Below are positions 53,412 through 58,256 of a stretch of DNA of 58,256 nt, one piece after another. The stretch is from a virus. Taxonomy: Duplodnaviria; Caudoviricetes. A program made the translations under genes and the position numbers. Where the stretch lies: positions 1-58,256 of the IMG/VR virus record IMGVR_UViG_3300006120_000024; one strand, 5' to 3'. The notes beneath the pieces are model-generated. The model saw only the letters and a program-made list of their open reading frames with translations. It had not been told where the DNA came from and did no database searches. The stretch's first letter is position 1. Every line of letters begins with the position of its first letter.

Positions 53412-53993
53412 ATGACTGTACCAATTTTAGGACAAGGTGGCAATAATGCCTCCGAAGGCACATACACAGAGATAAAAGATGACGGTCCTAAGATCCGTCT
53501 ACTCTATTGCTATAACTGCAAAACAATCGAAGAACTCCCAGATTTTGAAGGTCATCCAGATGATGACGTTACGCTTCAGGTATTAATTGAGAAGCACGAG
53601 TCCGCAGGGATTCAACATACCGGTTTCTTATCTAAGATCGGAGTAAAGCTTTACTCACGACCTGAGGTACGAAAGCAAGTGATCGAGAATCTACGCAATC
53701 GCGTAGGAGGCGGTCTGGCAGATATTGATCCAGACTACTACACCACCAAAGCAACTTTCTATGATGACGCTATGAAGTGTTTCAATCTTCATTTGCGCCC
53801 TGTAGAGGGCTGTTACGATTACAAGGCAGACAGTAAGCGTTTGGTTCCTAAAGGAACAGACAGCATGCGTAAGGAACTAGGACTAGAGTCAGCTGCCAAG
53901 TCCGGTAGCACTCGTGTTTTCTTATGTGACTTCTGCCCAGCAAAGACATATGTCGTAGAAAAGAACCGTAAAGCCATGGGTCTTTACGAATAA
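53412..53993 (+). CDS. Hypothetical zinc-binding protein
   Basis: CYNC, C...H, C and CDFC; -10 TACAAT at 53379-53384; GAGG SD. Confidence 0.7.
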   Translation: MTVPILGQGGNNASEGTYTEIKDDGPKIRLLYCYNCKTIEELPDFEGHPDDDVTLQVLIEKHESAGIQHTGFLSKIGVKLYSRPEVRKQVIENLRNRVGGGLADIDPDYYTTKATFYDDAMKCFNLHLRPVEGCYDYKADSKRLVPKGTDSMRKELGLESAAKSGSTRVFLCDFCPAKTYVVEKNRKAMGLYE

Positions 53994-54007
53994 CCTAGGA
54001 GCACAAA

Positions 54008-54277
54008 ATGGCAGACGAAACCACTACACCTGATACAACAGAAGAGACAGCGCCGGCGGTACCAAAGCTTATTGCGGGATTTGCTGTACTTATCTCTGAT
54101 GATGGAAATGTATTCATTGAGAAAGACCCTAAGGTCTTTACTGTACCTGTAGAGCGTGAAGCATCTCTTCTTGAGATCCGCCGCTATTCATCAGAAATCC
54201 TTATGGATTTGAATGCGCAAGCAGCTGGTGAATACGCAGCACTGAAGATTAACACTGCATCTACACCTAATTCTTAA
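54008..54277 (+). CDS. Hypothetical protein, paralogue of 3892..4185
   Basis: AGGAG SD; similarity to the 3892 ORF by eye. Confidence 0.65.
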   Translation: MADETTTPDTTEETAPAVPKLIAGFAVLISDDGNVFIEKDPKVFTVPVEREASLLEIRRYSSEILMDLNAQAAGEYAALKINTASTPNS

Positions 54278-54289
54278 TAGAATACATCC

Positions 54290-55201
54290 ATGAGACTTGA
54301 GGATTACATTGACGTTCCCGGCATTACACCGGGCTCAACGTCATACTTCAGCGCAGCTGCATCTGAATTAGATCCAAAGCTGTTCCAGGGAACGCACATG
54401 CGTACTTGGATGCGTGAAGCCATTCTCTCAATTCTCTTTGATTATCTAGCAAAGAACTTTAATGATCCATACTCCTGGACACGTGCATGGCTAGCCGGCT
54501 CTGGTGTCTCTTATCAATGGGCAGCTTCCCGTGATCCAGGAGATTTGGACTGCTTAGTAGGCATTGAATACACAAAGTTCCGTCAATCAAACAATGAGTA
54601 TATTGGCTTCTCTAACAATGAAATTGCCTCTATGTTCAATGAGGGATTTAACGCTGATGTTCTACCAAACACACGTCGTTGGGAAGGGTATGAGCTCACA
54701 TTTTATGTGAACCCCGCAACAGATATACGCGATATCAATCCATATGCAGCGTATGATCTAATCGCAGATGTGTGGACCGTAGAACCAGATAAGAATCCAC
54801 AACCACCATACTCTCGTGACTGGGAGATGAAAACATCTCGCGACAACGAAACAGCAATAGAGCTTTTAAACCGTTACAGCGCAGCTCTTAATGAACTTAG
54901 ATCTGCTAAAACAGACGCATATAGAATTAACGCTGAAAGAAAGCTGAGGCTTGCTGAAGAACAAGCTGTAGCTTTTTATGACAGCATACATCAAGGAAGA
55001 AAAGTTGCGTTTAGTCAAACAGGTGCAGGCTATGCAGACTTTAATAATTATCGTTGGCAAGCAGGAAAGCAAACGGGTACTATTCAGGCTTTGCGTGCAT
55101 TGAAAGATGCATATGAAAAAGCTAAAACTAAAGAACAAGTTGAGACTTATGGTGTACAGCTACCAGATGTAAACACATTGCTCAGGAGAACAATGCGGTA
55201 G
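54290..55201 (+). CDS. Pol-beta superfamily nucleotidyltransferase
   Basis: LAGSG.SY...GDLDC (hG[G/S]x..DxD) with a third acid near ELTFYV; TAGAAT-N6-ATG start. Confidence 0.8.
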   Translation: MRLEDYIDVPGITPGSTSYFSAAASELDPKLFQGTHMRTWMREAILSILFDYLAKNFNDPYSWTRAWLAGSGVSYQWAASRDPGDLDCLVGIEYTKFRQSNNEYIGFSNNEIASMFNEGFNADVLPNTRRWEGYELTFYVNPATDIRDINPYAAYDLIADVWTVEPDKNPQPPYSRDWEMKTSRDNETAIELLNRYSAALNELRSAKTDAYRINAERKLRLAEEQAVAFYDSIHQGRKVAFSQTGAGYADFNNYRWQAGKQTGTIQALRALKDAYEKAKTKEQVETYGVQLPDVNTLLRRTMR

Positions 55202-55210
55202 AATTGGTGT

Positions 55211-55351
55211 GTGGACAGAAACCAATGTAAGTTCTGTAATACGATGTACGTGGTAGCTTCTCTTGCAAGACATTGCGAGTATAAGCATTTGGACAAAGAC
55301 GAGGATAACGATGACGGTTCTAATAGCATTAGAGGGCGTTTTAAAGACTGA
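55211..55351 (+). CDS. Small C2H2/C2HC-type zinc-finger protein (46 aa, not in ORF track)
   Basis: GTG start 6 nt after TAGAAT; MDRNQCKFCNTMYVVASLARHCEYKH... Confidence 0.6.
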   Translation: MDRNQCKFCNTMYVVASLARHCEYKHLDKDEDNDDGSNSIRGRFKD

Positions 55352-55772
55352 GGTAGGGGATCCAATCCCAGACGGCATCAAACTCTTCCGCGTACTTGCA
55401 ACAAATTACAGAGTTGTTTTTAGCTCCGAACAATCCAAAGCGCAGACCGAGCACTGGCTCAAGTCAAATATGATTCTTGGTTACGCTGATGTCTATGATA
55501 GTTCAGTGTTCTTCCATGGACAAGAGTTACGCTCCCGCCACATAGATGTAGCTAAATCTGTTGGCAAGGTTGAGCTGTATATTGACGCTGATGCAGACTT
55601 CTGTGCTGAAGCGCTCTCCAAAGGAATTCCTGCAATGATGTTTGCCGCCCCTAAATTTGTGCGTACAACAAGAAATGTAAAACCATGGCAAGATCTAACA
55701 GATGAGGTAGAGCGGCAAAAGCTTGCTCTAGTAGAAACCCAGCTGGGCGATAAGATTCACAGGTTTGAATGA
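55311..55772 (+). CDS. HAD-fold protein with degenerate motif I
   Basis: MTVLIALEGVL (normally DxDG.L), GI.L...L, WL and LYIDAD; GAGGA SD before ATG 55311. Confidence 0.65.
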   Translation: MTVLIALEGVLKTEVGDPIPDGIKLFRVLATNYRVVFSSEQSKAQTEHWLKSNMILGYADVYDSSVFFHGQELRSRHIDVAKSVGKVELYIDADADFCAEALSKGIPAMMFAAPKFVRTTRNVKPWQDLTDEVERQKLALVETQLGDKIHRFE

Positions 55773-57247
55773 ACCTAGTCTTCATGGGGGCTGAAGTACC
55801 GTCCCATCGCATCTTACTTACAGACACAGGCGCTAAGCATGTGTCTATTAACTATTATCGTTTAGCCAAGCGTGGCCTGCCTAAAACCAAGGATTACCTT
55901 ATCCAGGGCCGGTTCCCGGACGATGTAGCAGTCTACGTAGATGGTGGGGGAACCCAACTCAATAATCTTAGTTTGACCGACCGCGAGATAGATGAGTACG
56001 TCGAGTCTTACCAGGAATGGGTAGCGCTGAATGCCGAGAGAATCTCCGGGGCCACTGAGATAGATTATCGTGGGCTTGACCAGGCTCGGGTACGTCACCA
56101 CCGTGAGACTCTTATAGAGTCGGTAGGGTTGGAAAAACTATGGGTCGTATGGCACCCAGAGACCGGCCATACAGGCCTCTACGGCCTCTGTGAGCGCTTT
56201 TTAAACGTGGGTATATCTGGTGAGGCTATCGATGATGACACCAGCCTGTCAGCACGCACCAGAGCCCTTTTAACACAATTTCCAGATTTGGAATTCCATG
56301 GCCTAGCCTGTGCTAAGCCAGATAATTTACGCCAGATCCCGTTTGCTACCGCTAGCACCTTGTCTTGGGTATCTCCAATGATGAGAGGCGAGACGATCGT
56401 ATGGGACGGCACCCGTCTGGTTCGTTACCAGAAGAAACAGAAAGACCAGGCCCGCCCTCGCTACAAAGCTATGATCGAAAGAGCTGGGTTGGACTATGAG
56501 AAGATTATTAATGATGATAGTAACGAGGTAACCCGCCTCGCTATTTGGTCCTATCTGCAGCTGGAGAAGAACTTGGATAAAAAGAGCAAGCCCTTGTTAG
56601 TTGATAACAACGATTTTAAAGATGACCCAGGAAGTGCGGAAACTGCCATGGGTCTTCCTGATAATAGAGCTCCTGAGGGTAGGAAACTTTTGTCAGAAAG
56701 AGCCGCTGATGAGCTTCGTACGCTGCCTGTTTTTGGGGTAACAACCAAGAAAGTCATAGAAAAAGATGAGCTCGGCGTCGATGTTATCAAGGATGTTCCA
56801 GTTGTTAATAGCAGCTCAATCTCCTTGCGCCAATGCGATACTTGCTTTGTTGCAGCTCAGTGTCCGGCATTTAAACCGTCCAGTACATGTGCTTTTAACC
56901 TGCCGGTGGATGTAAAGACAAAGGATCAACTACGAGCATTGTTAAACACAATCATCGAAATGCAGGCTTCTAGAGTAGCTTTTGCACGTTTTGCTGAAGA
57001 ATTGAACGGTGGATACCCAGATCCAAATACCGGTCAGGAAATAGATCGGCTATTCAAATTGGTTAATCAGATGAAGGAACTAGAGGAGAACAAGGAGTTT
57101 GTGCGCATGACTGTAGAGCGTCAGACCTCTGGTGGTGTACTGTCAGCCCTATTTGGTGACAAAGCTAACACTCTCCGTGAGCTCCCCAACGGTGGACTAA
57201 CTGAGGGTCAATCTAGTAAAATCTTGAATGAGGGACTAAATCTTTAG
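55769..57247 (+). CDS. TGT/queuine-tRNA-ribosyltransferase-like barrel fused to a Cys-cluster and helical C-terminal domain
   Basis: VYVDGG (DSG-like), VVWH, FHGLA and PFATASTLSW (cf. PxxSxDSxSW); then CDTC.....C.......C. Confidence 0.55.
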   Translation: MNLVFMGAEVPSHRILLTDTGAKHVSINYYRLAKRGLPKTKDYLIQGRFPDDVAVYVDGGGTQLNNLSLTDREIDEYVESYQEWVALNAERISGATEIDYRGLDQARVRHHRETLIESVGLEKLWVVWHPETGHTGLYGLCERFLNVGISGEAIDDDTSLSARTRALLTQFPDLEFHGLACAKPDNLRQIPFATASTLSWVSPMMRGETIVWDGTRLVRYQKKQKDQARPRYKAMIERAGLDYEKIINDDSNEVTRLAIWSYLQLEKNLDKKSKPLLVDNNDFKDDPGSAETAMGLPDNRAPEGRKLLSERAADELRTLPVFGVTTKKVIEKDELGVDVIKDVPVVNSSSISLRQCDTCFVAAQCPAFKPSSTCAFNLPVDVKTKDQLRALLNTIIEMQASRVAFARFAEELNGGYPDPNTGQEIDRLFKLVNQMKELEENKEFVRMTVERQTSGGVLSALFGDKANTLRELPNGGLTEGQSSKILNEGLNL

Positions 57248-57329
57248 GACCTGATAATAAGGGTATTTATCCTTGAAATAGCTTTTCTTAAAAACCACAC
57301 ACCTACAAATAGAAAAGAGGAAGTAAAAC

Positions 57330-58256
57330 TTGTTTTCGTTCAAACTAGCCGAAGACTTTGTTAACACGTATCGCTCCAAGAAAGTCGACTGGGGTTACCA
57401 AGATGCGGCGGGAAACTCCGTAGGTGAGATCACCTTTATCAGAACCTATTCTCGTCTTAAAGAGGATGGAACCAAGGAGACTTGGGCAGATACTTGTGAG
57501 CGTGTGATCAACGGTATGTACTCAATCCAAAAAGACCATGCCAAGGCTAACCGCCTTCCTTGGTCAGATACTAAGGCGGCTGCCTCAGCCAAAGAGGCAT
57601 TTGACCGAATGTTCAACTTTAAGTGGACCCCACCTGGACGTGGTCTATGGATGATGGGTACGCCGCTAGTTAATGTACAGAAGAACTCTGCAGCGTTGCA
57701 GAACTGCTCGTTTGTATCTACCGCAGAGATGAATAAAAATAACCCGGCCAAACCATTTGCATTCCTAATGGAAGCCTCTATGCTCGGAGTGGGCGTAGGC
57801 TTTGATACCAAGGGTGCAGAAAAGGACTTCGTAATTTATGACCCACATCCAGATACCGACCCAATCGTCATCCCAGACACCAGAGAAGGTTGGGTCGAAA
57901 GTACCACATCGCTCATCAATAGCTACCTTAAGCCAGATCAGAAGAGCCCAGTCTTTGATTACAGCCAGATCCGCCCAGCTGGAACGCCAATTAAAACGTT
58001 CGGAGGAACTGCTGCAGGAGCAGACCCTCTTATCAAACTTCACGAGCACGTTCGCCGCATCTTTAAAGGACGAGCAGGAGAAAAAGTAACTACCACTGAC
58101 ATTGCAGACCTCGGTAACTTAATCGGTGTCTGCGTAGTCTCAGGTAACGTACGTCGCTCTGCTGAGTTGCTCATGGGTAAGATCGATGATCAGGAATTCC
58201 TCAACCTGAAGAACTATGAAGTGTTTCCAGAGCGTAACGCTTACGACCCGACAGGT
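57330..58256 (+). CDS. nrdJ: Class II (B12-dependent) ribonucleotide reductase, 3'-truncated by the window edge
   Basis: TTG start after AGAGG; RTYSR...ETW..TC.RV, WTPPGRGLW, L.NC, SMLGVGVGF, D.REGW, FGG.A.G..PL and VVSGNVRRSA motifs. Absent from the ORF track because it has no stop in the window. Confidence 0.92.
   Translation, partial: MFSFKLAEDFVNTYRSKKVDWGYQDAAGNSVGEITFIRTYSRLKEDGTKETWADTCERVINGMYSIQKDHAKANRLPWSDTKAAASAKEAFDRMFNFKWTPPGRGLWMMGTPLVNVQKNSAALQNCSFVSTAEMNKNNPAKPFAFLMEASMLGVGVGFDTKGAEKDFVIYDPHPDTDPIVIPDTREGWVESTTSLINSYLKPDQKSPVFDYSQIRPAGTPIKTFGGTAAGADPLIKLHEHVRRIFKGRAGEKVTTTDIADLGNLIGVCVVSGNVRRSAELLMGKIDDQEFLNLKNYEVFPERNAYDPTG

Noticed and set aside
55769-57247. Functional DpdA 7-deazaguanine DNA modification system
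   Set aside because: The putative catalytic Asp is replaced and no folE/queC/queD/queE genes are in the window; kept only as an atypical-module finding.
557-58089. Minus-strand and nested alternative-frame ORFs in the track (e.g. 10538-10906, 36798-37370, 57446-57811, 57838-58089)
   Set aside because: They are shadows of well-supported + strand genes, with no SDs or motifs.
1-58256. tRNA genes, integrase, terminase large subunit, portal and major capsid genes
   Set aside because: None recognised by eye. Intergenic gaps are short, and head genes probably lie outside this window.

Overview
This window is a 58 kb segment of a large contractile-tailed (myovirus-type) bacteriophage genome. Essentially all real genes lie on the + strand, tightly packed with TAATG/ATGA couplings. 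Gene order: tail-fibre and fibre-modification cassette (collagen-like fibres, GT2-TPR and GT60-like glycosyltransferases); neck genes with a cluster of tiny Lys-rich proteins; tail sheath, tube, chaperone, tape measure (M23 + lytic transglycosylase) and baseplate; replication (HTH initiator, DnaC-like loader, DnaB, primase, dNMP kinase, SNF2 helicase, SSB, PolA); recombination (RecA, two Hjc-like resolvases, Cas4-like nuclease); SpoVS and a metallophosphoesterase; lysis cassette; an ORFan block; a nucleotidyltransferase / HAD-like / TGT-like module; and the start of a class II RNR (NrdJ). Two WhiB genes and leaderless-type promoters suggest an actinobacterial host, and the architecture resembles Bxz1/E3-type actinobacterial myoviruses (inference). 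The best leads for new biology are: (i) a putative virion post-translational modification system built around a Tyr/Thr-rich mirror-symmetric hairpin 'stalk' protein; (ii) a hairpin upstream of polA that displays a copy of the 16S rRNA anti-Shine-Dalgarno tail; (iii) a nucleotidyltransferase plus pseudo-HAD plus catalytically altered TGT-barrel fusion module. All assignments come from motif recognition by eye; no searches were run.
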